This document shows, in pieces, positions 1-9,266 of a stretch of 30,267 bases of DNA (positions are counted from its first letter, which is position 1; the number at the start of each line of letters is the position of its first letter). Made by a program: the position numbers and the translations under genes. Below the pieces are notes generated by a model. That model saw only the letters and a program-made list of their open reading frames with translations. It was not told the DNA's origin and ran no database searches. Source of the DNA: a virus. Where the stretch lies: the UHGV virus genome UHGV-0229465; one strand, given 5' to 3'.

Positions 1-1
1 A

Positions 2-256
2 AAGTACACGCGCTGGGTTAAGACACAGCCGTGTGCATGTTGTGGAAAGCCCGCTGATGATCCCCACCACCTGATAGGTCACGGTCAGGGTGGAATGGGA
101 ACAAAAGCGCATGACCTTTTTGTGTTGCCTTTGTGCAGAAAGCATCACGACGAGCTGCATGCGGATACCGTGGCATTTGAAGAGAAGTATGGCTCCCAGC
201 TGGAGCTGATATTTCGTTTTATCGATCGTGCGCTGGCAATTGGCGTATTGGCGTAA
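2..256 (+). CDS. Phage protein, C-terminal fragment with Cys/His motif (CxCC...HH...C..HH..H); possibly DUF968-like
   Basis: ORF open from window edge to TAA at 254-256; sits immediately upstream of Q as in lambdoid nin regions. Family assignment is from memory only. Confidence 0.45.
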   Translation, partial: KYTRWVKTQPCACCGKPADDPHHLIGHGQGGMGTKAHDLFVLPLCRKHHDELHADTVAFEEKYGSQLELIFRFIDRALAIGVLA

Positions 257-269
257 GTGGAGAACGAGC

Positions 270-1022
270 ATGAACCTTGAAGCCTTACCAAAATATTACT
301 CCCCAAAATCTCCAAAATTGAGCGATGACGCACCGGCGACAGGCTCTGGTGGTTTAACAATTACGGATGTAATGGCTGCGCAGGGGATGGTGCAGTCGAA
401 AGCACCGCTTGGGTTTGCCTTATTCCTGGCAAAAGTTGGTGTTCAGGATCCTCAGTTTGCGATTGAAGGTCTGCTCAATTACGCGATGGCACTGGATAAC
501 CCGACATTGAACAAATTGAGTGAAGAAACCCGGCTACAGATCATTCCTTACCTTGTGAATTTTGCCTTTGCTGATTATTCCAGGTCTGCGGCAAGTAAGG
601 CTCGCTGTGAGCATTGTGCTGGTACTGGATTTCATGATGTATTGCGCGAGGTGGTGAAACACTCCAGAAGCGGGGAATCTGTTATCAAGGAAGAGTGGGG
701 GAAGGAACTATGTCAGCATTGTCATGGTAAGGGAGAAGTCAGCACAGCGTGCAGAGGGTGTAAGGGTAAAGGTATTGTCCTGGATGAAAAAAGAACCCGG
801 CTTCATGGCACGCCTGTTTATAAGATTTGTGGGCGTTGCAATGGAAACCGGTTTAGCCGTTTACCAACCACACTGGCGCGGAATCATGTCCAGAAGCTGG
901 TAGCGGACCTGACTGATTATCAGTGGTACAAAGGATATGCAAATGTCATTGATAAACTGGTGACAAAGTGCTGGCAGGAGGAATCTTACGCTGAAGCACA
1001 ATTGAGAAAGGTGACGAGATAA
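270..1022 (+). CDS. Q: Late-gene antitermination protein Q (phage 21 / 933W type)
   Basis: ATG at 270 with GGAG 8 nt upstream; translation MNLEALPKYYSPKSPKLSDDAPATG... with CxxC...CxxC zinc motifs closely matches recalled Q21-family sequence; positioned just upstream of late promoter and lysis genes. Confidence 0.85.
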   Translation: MNLEALPKYYSPKSPKLSDDAPATGSGGLTITDVMAAQGMVQSKAPLGFALFLAKVGVQDPQFAIEGLLNYAMALDNPTLNKLSEETRLQIIPYLVNFAFADYSRSAASKARCEHCAGTGFHDVLREVVKHSRSGESVIKEEWGKELCQHCHGKGEVSTACRGCKGKGIVLDEKRTRLHGTPVYKICGRCNGNRFSRLPTTLARNHVQKLVADLTDYQWYKGYANVIDKLVTKCWQEESYAEAQLRKVTR

Positions 1023-1053
1023 GTAATTTTCGCCGAAGATGGCGACATGATGC

Positions 1054-1082
1054 TTGCATTTTTCAAAAAATATGGTTAGGAT
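1054..1082 (+). promoter_or_regulatory. Candidate late promoter (pR' analogue): -35 TTGCAT 1054-1059, 17-bp spacer, -10 TAGGAT 1077-1082
   Basis: Sigma70-like hexamers with correct spacing directly downstream of Q; expected Q-utilisation region. Not verified. Confidence 0.35.
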
Positions 1083-1128
1083 TTCCCTAACGATGGGCTT
1101 TGTGTGTCTACCGTTGATAATCTTCAAG

Positions 1129-1152
1129 AAACCGCCACCGAGCGGTTTTTTA
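1129..1152 (+). terminator. Intrinsic terminator (tR' analogue) downstream of candidate late promoter
   Basis: Hairpin aaccgc/gcggtt followed by a T-run (1148-1151). Confidence 0.5.
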
Positions 1153-1310
1153 TTGATGTCAATTGTGTTTTTAAGGCTCTCCTTCCTTAAAGTGTGTTGT
1201 ACAAAAAACTGGCAGCCAGCTACGCTCATTTTGAAAAAGTGACACCCTTCAATGTTTCTTTTGAATGGAATTGCTACCCATAAATCTCTATCAAAAACAG
1301 GAGAGCATAT

Positions 1311-1553
1311 ATGGTGGAGCGTTGTTCTGTTTGTGAGCAGTCATTAAGTTATTCACGAGAAGTTGAACAAGATGGCGTTGAATATAAATCTTGCCCAAAA
1401 TGTTCTGCTGATGCCGGAGTGCACGTTTTTTATAAAACAATAGACTTTGGTTATAGGGATATGGGAGACGGCAGACATATCGTTCAGTCATGGTGTCCGG
1501 CTTGCCGTTCTGGTGAAAAACCTTCTATACCACCAGCATTTAAATGTTGTTAA
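1311..1553 (+). CDS. Small zinc-ribbon-like protein, function unknown
   Basis: 80-aa ORF with AGGAG RBS; three CxxC pairs plus terminal CC; first ORF of the late operon. Confidence 0.6.
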   Translation: MVERCSVCEQSLSYSREVEQDGVEYKSCPKCSADAGVHVFYKTIDFGYRDMGDGRHIVQSWCPACRSGEKPSIPPAFKCC

Positions 1554-1572
1554 CTCAATGAATTATAAAAAG

Positions 1573-1598
1573 AGGCTGCCTGTGGGCGGCCTTTTTTG
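1573..1598 (+). terminator. Putative intrinsic terminator/attenuator after the zinc-ribbon ORF
   Basis: Hairpin aggctgcc-tgtg-ggcggcct (one mismatch) followed by TTTTTT. Confidence 0.4.
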
Positions 1599-1684
1599 TG
1601 CACTACGCATCTTTTGCGACTCAACGCTATAACCAGCTTCTTCCCCTTCACTCGTTGCACTTCCGATAACCGGAGGTGGGAATT

Positions 1685-2026
1685 ATGAAAATGCATAACG
1701 ATCCTCATTCTTGGTCTGACTTACTTGAATTGTTACAGAGCTGGTGGCGTGGAGACACACCGCTGGGCGCAGTAATTATGTCGATCGTTATGGCTGGCTT
1801 GCGCATTGCCTATTTTGGCGGTGGTGGTGGCTGGAAGCGAAAAACGCTCGAGATTTTGCTCTGTGGCGCTCTGACTCTGACTTTTGCATCCGCTCTTGAG
1901 TATGTCGGATGGCCTAAATCTCTTTCTGTTGCCATTGGTGGCGGCGTTGGGCTGATCGGGGTCGATGCTATTCGTGGGGCTGCAATGCGAGTAATCGGTA
2001 ACAAATTTGGTAGCTCGAAGGAGTAA
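1685..2026 (+). CDS. Holin, class I-like (three predicted TM segments), dual-start motif
   Basis: GGAGG RBS then ATG AAA ATG (Met-Lys-Met, as in lambda S105/S107); three hydrophobic segments; immediately upstream of endolysin. Confidence 0.75.
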   Translation: MKMHNDPHSWSDLLELLQSWWRGDTPLGAVIMSIVMAGLRIAYFGGGGGWKRKTLEILLCGALTLTFASALEYVGWPKSLSVAIGGGVGLIGVDAIRGAAMRVIGNKFGSSKE

Positions 2027-2029
2027 TTT

Positions 2030-2506
2030 ATGCAGGAACTAAATCCTCAGCGTAAAGCTTTCCTTGATATGGTGGCCTGGTCAGAAGGAACGGATAACGG
2101 ACGACAACCGACACGTAACCACGGTTATGACGTTATTGTCGGTGGCGAACTGTTCACTGATTACTCCGATCACCCTCGCAAACTTGTCACGCTAAACCCC
2201 AAACTCAAATCAACAGCCGCCGGACGTTACCAGCTTCTTTCACGCTGGTGGGATGCTTACCGTAAACAGCTTGGCCTGAAAGACTTCTCCCCCAAAAGTC
2301 AGGACGCTGTTGCACTGCAGCAGATTAAAGAGCGCGGCGCTTTACCGATGATTGATCGCGGTGATATCCGTCAGGCTATCGACCGCTGCAGCAATATCTG
2401 GGCTTCACTGCCGGGCGCTGGTTATGGTCAGTTCGAGCATAAAGTTGACAGACTGATTGCAAAATTCAAAGACGCAGGCGGAACGGTTAGAGAGATTGAG
2501 GTATGA
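2030..2506 (+). CDS. R: Endolysin, lambda R-type lytic transglycosylase
   Basis: Translation (..[54 protein letters not shown]..) is near-identical to recalled lambda R. Confidence 0.9.
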   Translation: MQELNPQRKAFLDMVAWSEGTDNGRQPTRNHGYDVIVGGELFTDYSDHPRKLVTLNPKLKSTAAGRYQLLSRWWDAYRKQLGLKDFSPKSQDAVALQQIKERGALPMIDRGDIRQAIDRCSNIWASLPGAGYGQFEHKVDRLIAKFKDAGGTVREIEV

Positions 2507-2970
2507 GCAGAGTAACCGCGATTATCTCCGCTCTGGTTATCTGCATCATCGTCTGCCTGTCATGGGCAGTTAATCATTACCGTGATAATGCAATCGCCTA
2601 CAAAGAACAGCGCGATAAAAAAGTCAGTGAGCTGAAGCAGGCGACTGCCACCATTACTGACATGCAGCAGCGTCAGCGTACTGCTGATGCACTCGATGCT
2701 AAATACACGAAGGAGTTAGCTGATGCGAAAGCTGAAAATGATGCTCTTCGGCGCAAGCTTGATGATGGTGGCAGGGTGCTCGTCAAAGGAAAATCCCCTG
2801 TGCCATCCTCAGCCGAAACCTCCAGCGCCTCCGGCATGGGCAATGATGCCACCGTCGAACTCTCTCCAAGTGCTGGACGAAACGTTCTCGGTATCCGGGA
2901 CGGAATTATCCGCGACCAAACAGCACTGAGAGCGCTTCAGGAATACATTAGGACGCAATGCCTTCGATGA
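2503..2970 (+). CDS. Rz: Rz i-spanin (inner-membrane spanin)
   Basis: N-terminal TM segment [31 protein letters not shown] matches recalled lambda Rz; start overlaps endolysin stop. Confidence 0.85.
   Translation: MSRVTAIISALVICIIVCLSWAVNHYRDNAIAYKEQRDKKVSELKQATATITDMQQRQRTADALDAKYTKELADAKAENDALRRKLDDGGRVLVKGKSPVPSSAETSSASGMGNDATVELSPSAGRNVLGIRDGIIRDQTALRALQEYIRTQCLR
2723..2929 (+). CDS. Rz1: Rz1 o-spanin lipoprotein, embedded in the +1 frame of Rz
   Basis: [19 protein letters not shown] lipobox and proline-rich PPAPPAW; lies entirely inside Rz as in lambda. Confidence 0.8.
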   Translation: MRKLKMMLFGASLMMVAGCSSKENPLCHPQPKPPAPPAWAMMPPSNSLQVLDETFSVSGTELSATKQH

Positions 2971-3110
2971 TAGCGATAATTTTACTCATCATCCTTCACA
3001 TCTGGCTCTGTAGACAGGGTGGTGCTCACTTCTGGAGTGAATCCAGATTAAATATCTCATTGCTGATGCTTGAAGTTGAGCATATGGCGCGCGGTAAGGG
3101 GCTGCGTTGA
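2967..3110 (+). CDS. Possible small hydrophobic peptide (47 aa), translationally coupled to Rz
   Basis: ATG overlaps the Rz stop (ATGA); N-terminal hydrophobic helix [14 protein letters not shown]. Below the ORF-track cutoff; weak evidence. Confidence 0.25.
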   Translation: MIAIILLIILHIWLCRQGGAHFWSESRLNISLLMLEVEHMARGKGLR

Positions 3111-3145
3111 GATAAGATCCAGTTCATTACAAATACCAGGATTTA

Positions 3146-3170
3146 GCCTCGCATTCGCGGGGCTTTTTTA
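3146..3170 (+). terminator. Putative intrinsic terminator after the lysis cassette
   Basis: Hairpin gcctcgc-attc-gcggggc followed by TTTTTT. Confidence 0.45.
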
Positions 3171-3312
3171 TATCTGAATTCACAGCGCATCTCACGCGCA
3201 TATAAACGAGAGCCTTTCAGTAAGCGAGCCTGAGAAATGCCGTTATAGGTGGCGACCTCTCTCGGGCGGCTTTTCTGTGAGACAGGCTCACTTTCTAAAA
3301 GGTAAAGACGCT

Positions 3313-3810
3313 ATGAAAGCAATCACGCTTTTTAATACACCGATCCGTGTTGATGAATCAGGAATGATCTGCCTCACTGATATGTGGAAAGCCAGTGGTA
3401 AAAGTGAATCTGAATCTCCGTACCACTACCTGCGAAACAAGCAGACCAAAGAGTTCTTAGCCGAGCTGGAGAAAAACCACGAATCTGTGGTTTTTACTGA
3501 GCGCGGTGTACACGGTGGAACATATGGCGGGAAGTTTGTTGCTTACGATTATGCGGCTTGGTTAAACCCCGGGTTCAAGTACGCGGCCTATAAAGTCCTC
3601 GATGACTACTTCACCGGAGAGCTTCATCATCGGAACAGCTTAAGTGCGCAGCTCAACATGAAATGTCATGAGTTTGACCAGAAGAAAGACATGGCGAGCT
3701 TCTGCGGACAAGGGCTGGCGGCATGGCGCTATACGAAGCCAGTGTTGGTCGCTGAGATTAACTCCCTGGCTAACCAGCTGCAGATTACGATCCCCGGGCT
3801 TCCGGGATGA
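3313..3810 (+). CDS. KilA-N domain protein (antirepressor-like N-terminal DNA-binding domain)
   Basis: Start MKAITLFNTPIRV...; the ...AYDYAAWLNPGFKYAAYKVLDDYF segment resembles the KilA-N signature; start at 3313 chosen over the track start at 3277. Confidence 0.55.
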   Translation: MKAITLFNTPIRVDESGMICLTDMWKASGKSESESPYHYLRNKQTKEFLAELEKNHESVVFTERGVHGGTYGGKFVAYDYAAWLNPGFKYAAYKVLDDYFTGELHHRNSLSAQLNMKCHEFDQKKDMASFCGQGLAAWRYTKPVLVAEINSLANQLQITIPGLPG

Positions 3811-4226
3811 GTGATCGTGTCATTGAATGCGCCTCCAGAGTGGGGCGCGACTTCTCAGAGTTCATGAAAGGCGAGAAGGGCATGATGGAAGCATTGGCCT
3901 CGGTGGATGAGTTTGGCGAGCAGCTGCGTCTCAACGGCTGTGTCAATCATCACTTTGTTAGCTACATGATGCGGAACTCGATCATGCAGGCATTCATGGA
4001 CATGGCAAAAGCCGAGAGGAAAGAAGAGCGCCGGCGTAAGCGAGCGGAAGCAAAAGCGGACCAGCAGCGTACTGAAGAACATGCCGCAGCAACTGAAGCG
4101 GTTGCAGAACGCCGGGTAGAAACAACGAAAGAGGCCAGCAATGTACAGCAGAGTGTTAACCATATGCTTGGCGACGATGTTGATCGTGAGCTGCGCAACA
4201 ACTGGACCCGCCCCGGTAGTCGTTGA
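3807..4226 (+). CDS. Hypothetical protein, charged/helical, no TM segment
   Basis: ATG overlaps KilA-N stop (ATGA); 139 aa, Glu/Arg/Lys-rich C-terminal half; weak RBS. Confidence 0.4.
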   Translation: MSDRVIECASRVGRDFSEFMKGEKGMMEALASVDEFGEQLRLNGCVNHHFVSYMMRNSIMQAFMDMAKAERKEERRRKRAEAKADQQRTEEHAAATEAVAERRVETTKEASNVQQSVNHMLGDDVDRELRNNWTRPGSR

Positions 4227-4371
4227 TACCGCGTGCGATTGGGTTAAGCCTATCTATCTTACTGACCACGATATTTCCGCTATGGATAAACAGATGAAGC
4301 GCGACATCCTGACGCATAACAAAACATGGCAGTCGAACTGTTTGAAGGGAGAAACTGAAATGAAGCAGTAA
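4141..4371 (+). CDS. Predicted lipoprotein (lipobox LIVSC), function unknown
   Basis: AAAGAGG RBS 7 nt upstream of ATG; signal peptide MYSRVLTICLATMLIVSC, two further Cys; gene begins inside the 3' end of 3807-4226 in another frame. Confidence 0.6.
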   Translation: MYSRVLTICLATMLIVSCATTGPAPVVVDTACDWVKPIYLTDHDISAMDKQMKRDILTHNKTWQSNCLKGETEMKQ

Positions 4372-4652
4372 AGCGGACAGACCGCCCTTATAAGCCGCAG
4401 TCATGATGCTGCCCCGAGTCTCAATGAGAGCCAGATGCAGGTCCAAACTGCAATACGCGCTGGTGAGGGTTAACGAAGAAAAAGGCGTACCGGTACTCCA
4501 GAGCGATCGCCAGTCGCTCACCGGTTAGAGGTGAGGGATTCATGAGATACCCCTGACTACAGACTCAAGGGCATGAGCGCGGCCACTGCGAGAGTGTGGT
4601 TTATAACCGCTAAAAAATTTATACTCCATGGGCATTGAGCATGGAGGGTTGA

Positions 4653-5060
4653 ATGAAACTAAATATCGATTATTTAAAGTCGTTCTTAGCTTTATTTTTA
4701 GAATCTGAAAATCCATTTGTTTCGACAGATGAGTTGGCTAAAGCCGGTTACGATATTTCAGATGCTGTTGGATATTTTCACTACACCCAGCTAATTGAAA
4801 AAGGATTCGTGAGTACCTTGGATCTCAGGACGGGCAACCCAAAAGAGTTGGGATTAGTATTTTCTACAAATAGCATCACAAGCTGGTCTACTAACATCAG
4901 GCTAACTTCAAGCGGATATGATTTTGCATTGTCATTAAGTAAGCCGGATGTTTTTGAAAGATTGAAAGAGTTGAGCAATGAACCCATCGGGGTTTTGAAG
5001 GATGTTGGTGTTGAATTGCTTAAGTCTTATGCCAAGAAGAAGCTTGGTTTATCTGATTAG
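4653..5060 (+). CDS. Hypothetical protein encoded by an AT-rich moron
   Basis: 135-aa ORF with GGAGGG RBS, much lower GC than flanks, own terminator downstream; no family recognised. Confidence 0.6.
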   Translation: MKLNIDYLKSFLALFLESENPFVSTDELAKAGYDISDAVGYFHYTQLIEKGFVSTLDLRTGNPKELGLVFSTNSITSWSTNIRLTSSGYDFALSLSKPDVFERLKELSNEPIGVLKDVGVELLKSYAKKKLGLSD

Positions 5061-5088
5061 TATTACTTTCAAATAAAATGAAGTAGGA

Positions 5089-5119
5089 AGCCACAGGCAT
5101 GTGCCGGTGGCTTTTTTTT
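5089..5119 (+). terminator. Intrinsic terminator after the moron ORF
   Basis: Near-perfect hairpin agccacaggc/gccggtggct followed by TTTTTTTT. Confidence 0.65.
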
Positions 5120-5131
5120 ATTGGAGCAAAT

Positions 5132-5482
5132 ATGCCACCCCGGACACCTAAAGCTTGCCGTGTTCGCGGCTGCCGCTCTACAACAACAGACCCATCAGGT
5201 TACTGCGAGTCCCACAAAGGCGAAGGCTGGAAATCCTACAAATCGGGACAATCCCGGCATCAGCGCGGCTACGGTTCGAAGTGGGATGTTATCCGTGAAC
5301 GAGTGCTGAAGCGTGACAAAGGCCTGTGTCAGTTGTGTTTGCGTGCTGGTGTGGTGCGCGAGGCGAAAACCGTTGACCACATCATCCCTAAAGCGCATGG
5401 CGGCACTGATGCCGAAAGTAATCTGCAGAGCCTGTGCTGGCCGTGTCATAAGGCGAAGACGGCCCGTGAATGGTTGAAGTAA
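5132..5482 (+). CDS. HNH endonuclease, packaging-associated
   Basis: Zn-finger Cys pairs and ...VDHIIPKAHGGTDAESNLQSLCWPCHKAKT HNH motif; directly upstream of terS/terL as in HK97-like phages; GGAG RBS. Confidence 0.8.
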   Translation: MPPRTPKACRVRGCRSTTTDPSGYCESHKGEGWKSYKSGQSRHQRGYGSKWDVIRERVLKRDKGLCQLCLRAGVVREAKTVDHIIPKAHGGTDAESNLQSLCWPCHKAKTAREWLK

Positions 5483-5607
5483 GAACCAGTTCCCACTGCC
5501 AGAGGGGAGGGGCGGGTCAAATCCCTGTGACCTGACGTCTTCCGGACTGCCCGCCCCATCGTTTTTTTATACCCGCGAAAAATGAAATTTAACCAGGAGT
5601 GCCGCAT

Positions 5608-6102
5608 ATGGCTGGAACGGCGGGGCGTTCCGGGCGTCGCCCCAAGCCAACGGCGCGCAAGGCGCTGGCCGGAAACCCCGGCAAGCGAGCCCTGAACAAA
5701 GATGAACCTGTTTTTACGCCCATCAAAGGCGTTGAGCCACCGGAGTGGTTCGCAGAAGAAAATCTCCCTCTCGCCACGATCATGTGGCAACTGACAACCA
5801 AAGAACTCTGCGGTCAGGGCCTGCTGTGCGTGACTGACCTCGCGGTGCTTGAGCGGTGGTGCGTAGCCTATGAGTTCTGGCGACGTGCCGTGAAAAATAT
5901 TGCCAGCCAGGGCAACACCATCACCGGTGCAATGGGCGGTATGGTCAAAAATCCGGAGCTGACCGCCAAGAAAGAACAGGAGTCCGAGATGAGCAGCACG
6001 GGGGCAATGCTCGGACTCGACCCCAGCAGCCGCCAGCGTCTGATTGGCCTGGCGGGGCAGAAGAAAGCCACTAACCCGTTTCTGAAAATTATCGAATCAT
6101 GA
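5608..6102 (+). CDS. Terminase small subunit (P27-like family)
   Basis: AGGAG RBS, ATG at 5608; basic N-terminus [27 protein letters not shown] typical of this family; stop overlaps terL start. Confidence 0.8.
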   Translation: MAGTAGRSGRRPKPTARKALAGNPGKRALNKDEPVFTPIKGVEPPEWFAEENLPLATIMWQLTTKELCGQGLLCVTDLAVLERWCVAYEFWRRAVKNIASQGNTITGAMGGMVKNPELTAKKEQESEMSSTGAMLGLDPSSRQRLIGLAGQKKATNPFLKIIES

Positions 6103-7832
6103 GCCGGAAATCTTACCCCAACGTAAATGCTGCCAATCAGTATGCCCGGGATGTCGTGCGCGGAAAGATTGTGGCCTGCCAGTTTGTGATTCAGGCCTGC
6201 CAGCGCCATCTTGATGACCTGATGGCGGAAAAAAGTAAGTCGTTTCGTTACCGCTTCGACAAGGACCTGGCTGAACGGGCCGCCAAATTTATTCAGCTGT
6301 TGCCGCACACCAAGGGTGAGTGGGCATTTAAGAGGATGCCCATCACGCTGGAGCCGTGGCAGCTCTTTGTGATCTGCTGCGCGTTTGGCTGGGTCAATAA
6401 AGGCTCCCGGCTGCGTCGCTTCCGTGAGGTGTATACCGAAATCCCCCGTAAGAACGGCAAATCGGCAATCTCTGCCGGTGTCGCCCTGTATTGTTTTGCC
6501 TGTGATAACGAGTTCGGCGCGGAAGTGTATTCCGGTGCCACGACGGAGAAACAGGCATGGGAAGTCTTTCGTCCGGCAAGACTGATGTGTAAACGCACAC
6601 CCATGCTGACGGAAGCGTTCGGGATTGAGGTTAACGCCTCAAACATGAACCGTCCGGAGGATGGTGCGCGTTTTGAACCGCTGATCGGTAACCCCGGTGA
6701 TGGTTCATCACCCCACTGTGCGGTGGTGGATGAATATCACGAGCACGCCACAGATGCGCTTTACACCACGATGCTTACCGGGATGGGGGCGCGACGTCAG
6801 CCACTGATGTGGGCTATCACTACCGCCGGGTACAACATTGAGGGGCCGTGCTACGACAAACGGCGGGAAGTCATCGAGATGCTCAACGGCTCGGTGCCTA
6901 ACGATGAACTGTTCGGGATCATCTATACCGTTGATGAAGGTGACGACTGGACCGACCCGCAGGTGCTGGAAAAAGCCAATCCAAATATTGGCGTGTCGGT
7001 TTATCGCGAATTTTTGTTAAGTCAGCAGCAGCGTGCGAAAAATAACGCCCGTCTGGCAAACGTCTTTAAAACAAAACACCTCAATATCTGGGTGTCGGCG
7101 CGTTCGGCGTATTTCAATCTGGTGAGCTGGCAGAGCTGCGAGGATAAATCATTGACCATTGAGCAGTTCGAGGGGCAACCGTGCATTCTGGCCTTTGACC
7201 TGGCGCGTAAGCTGGATATGAACAGTATGGCGCGACTTTATACCCGCGAGATTGACGGTAAAACGCATTACTACAGTGTGGCTCCGCGCTTCTGGGTACC
7301 GTATGACACGGTGTACAGCGTCGAGAAAAATGAAGATCGCCGGACAGCCGAACGCTTTCAGAAATGGGTGGAAATGGGCGTTCTGACCGTTACCGCTGGT
7401 GCGGAGGTGGATTATCGCTACATCCTCGAGGAGGCCAAAGCGGCGAACAAAATCAGTCCGGTCAGTGAGTCACCCATCGACCCCTTCGGGGCGACCGGGT
7501 TGTCACATGACCTTGCTGATGAAGACCTGAACCCCATCACTATCATTCAGAACTACACCAACATGTCCGACCCGATGAAAGAGCTGGAAGCGGCAATTGA
7601 ATCGGGGCGCTTTCATCATGATGGCAATCCCATCATGACCTGGTGTATCGGCAACGTGGTCGGCAAAACCATTCCGGGTAACGATGATGTGGTGAAGCCC
7701 GTCAAAGAGCAGGCGGAAAACAAAATTGACGGTGCAGTTGCGCTGATTATGGCGGTTGGCAGAGCCATGCTGTACGAGAAAGAAGACACGCTGCCTGACC
7801 ACATTGAGTCCTATGGGATCCGCTCGCTTTAA
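6099..7832 (+). CDS. Terminase large subunit
   Basis: 577-aa ORF between terS and portal; ATPase and nuclease-domain character; position and size. Confidence 0.85.
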   Translation: MSRKSYPNVNAANQYARDVVRGKIVACQFVIQACQRHLDDLMAEKSKSFRYRFDKDLAERAAKFIQLLPHTKGEWAFKRMPITLEPWQLFVICCAFGWVNKGSRLRRFREVYTEIPRKNGKSAISAGVALYCFACDNEFGAEVYSGATTEKQAWEVFRPARLMCKRTPMLTEAFGIEVNASNMNRPEDGARFEPLIGNPGDGSSPHCAVVDEYHEHATDALYTTMLTGMGARRQPLMWAITTAGYNIEGPCYDKRREVIEMLNGSVPNDELFGIIYTVDEGDDWTDPQVLEKANPNIGVSVYREFLLSQQQRAKNNARLANVFKTKHLNIWVSARSAYFNLVSWQSCEDKSLTIEQFEGQPCILAFDLARKLDMNSMARLYTREIDGKTHYYSVAPRFWVPYDTVYSVEKNEDRRTAERFQKWVEMGVLTVTAGAEVDYRYILEEAKAANKISPVSESPIDPFGATGLSHDLADEDLNPITIIQNYTNMSDPMKELEAAIESGRFHHDGNPIMTWCIGNVVGKTIPGNDDVVKPVKEQAENKIDGAVALIMAVGRAMLYEKEDTLPDHIESYGIRSL

Positions 7833-7843
7833 CTGAGGTAATT

Positions 7844-8026
7844 ATGATCATGCTGATTCTCGCGCCTCTGGTGGGCGTGCTGGGGGCGCTTTTGCTGGCG
7901 TATGGTGCCTGGCTGATTTATCCCCCGGCGGGGTTTGTTGTTGCCGGGGCGTTGTGCCTGTTCTGGTCGTGGCTGGTGGCGCGATATCTCGACCGTACAC
8001 AGCTGTCTGTTGGTGGAGGTAAATAG
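7844..8026 (+). CDS. Small two-TM membrane protein, hypothetical
   Basis: 60-aa ORF with GAGGT RBS; two hydrophobic helices; lies between terL and portal. Confidence 0.4.
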   Translation: MIMLILAPLVGVLGALLLAYGAWLIYPPAGFVVAGALCLFWSWLVARYLDRTQLSVGGGK

Positions 8027-9266
8027 TGTTCTTTTCGGGATTATTTCAACGAAAAAGTGACGCACCGGTGACCACGCCAGCAGAGCTGGCGGATGCCATC
8101 GGGTTGTCCTACGACACCTATACCGGAAAGCAGATCAGCAGTCAGCGGGCCATGCGACTGACGGCGGTTTTTTCCTGCGTCAGAGTGCTGGCAGAGTCGG
8201 TCGGGATGTTGCCCTGCAATCTGTATCACCTGAACGGCAGCCTGAAGCAGAGAGCCACCGGCGAACGTCTGCATAAACTGATCTCCACGCATCCCAATGG
8301 CTATATGACGCCGCAGGAGTTCTGGGAGCTGGTGGTCACCTGTCTGTGCCTGAGGGGAAATTTTTACGCCTACAAAGTGAAAGCATTTGGCGAAGTGGCT
8401 GAACTGCTGCCCGTCGACCCCGGTTGTGTGGTACCGAAGCTTAACAGTAGCTGGGAACCGGTTTACCAGGTCACATTCCCGGACGGCTCCACGGATGTAC
8501 TGAGCCAGGAAGATATCTGGCATGTGCGCACGCTGACGCTGGACGGACTGGTGGGGCTGAATCCCATCGCCTATGCCCGCGAGGCAATATCGCTGGCGGC
8601 AGCGACCGAAGAGCACGGGCCAGACTGTTCAGCAATGGCGCGGTGACGTCGGGTGTGTTGCGTACAGAGCAGACGCTGTCAGATCAGGCTTACGAGCGCC
8701 TGAAGAAAGATTTTGAGGAGCGTCACACCGGGCTTGGTAATGCTCACCGCCCGATGATCCTTGAGATGGGGCTGGACTGGAAGTCGATGGCGCTGAACGC
8801 CGAGGACAGCCAGTTCCTGGAAACCCGCAAGTTTCAGCTTGAAGAAATCTGTCGTCTGTTCCGGGTGCCGTTGCACATGGTGCAGAACACCGATCGCGCC
8901 ACCTTCAACAATATTGAAGAGCTGGGGCTGGGATTTATCAACTATTCACTGGTGCCGTATCTGACCCGCATCGAGCAGCGGATCAACACCGGACTGGTTC
9001 GAAAAAGTAAGCAGGGCGTTTATTACGCCAAATTTAACGCCGGGGCGTTACTGCGCGGGGATATGAAGTCCCGTTTTGAAGCCTACGCCACCGGGATTAA
9101 CTGGGGAATTTACTCTCCCAATGACTGCCGCGACCTGGAAGATATGAATCCGCGTCCCGGTGGGGATGTCTATCTCACACCGATGAACATGACCACGAAA
9201 CCCTCCGATGGCAGTAAAGCCGGTAAGCAGAAGGATAACGCCAATGCAGACGAAACAACGTCTTGA
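8026..9266 (+). pseudogene. Portal protein (HK97 family) interrupted by a frameshift near 8617-8620
   Basis: Two adjacent ORFs (8026-8646 and 8643-9266, different frames) together give a ~413-aa portal; frames overlap across 8451-8646, and the join ..AATEEHG | ARLFSNGAVTSGVL falls at a GGG run (8617-8619). Confidence 0.7.

Noticed and set aside
861-1229. 122-aa ORF on - strand, and overlapping + ORF 1054-1242
   Set aside because: Antisense to the 3' end of Q or spanning the promoter/terminator region; no RBS; best explained as chance frames across regulatory DNA.
1023-1684. Shiga-toxin or other toxin genes between Q and holin
   Set aside because: Only an 80-aa zinc-ribbon ORF is present in this interval.
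3807-4371. Second spanin (i-spanin/o-spanin) pair
   Set aside because: Upstream ORF lacks the obligatory N-terminal TM segment and the lipoprotein lacks the proline-rich character of Rz1; a real Rz/Rz1 pair already exists at 2503-2970.
4156-4521. 121-aa ORF on - strand
   Set aside because: Antisense overlap with the well-supported lipoprotein gene; no start context; no protein-like character.
8041-8616. 191-aa ORF on - strand inside the portal gene
   Set aside because: Antisense frame within a GC-rich coding region; typical spurious ORF.
8643-9266. Second portal ORF as an independent gene
   Set aside because: Starts at an internal GTG with no RBS and continues the portal sequence; it is the downstream half of the frameshifted portal.
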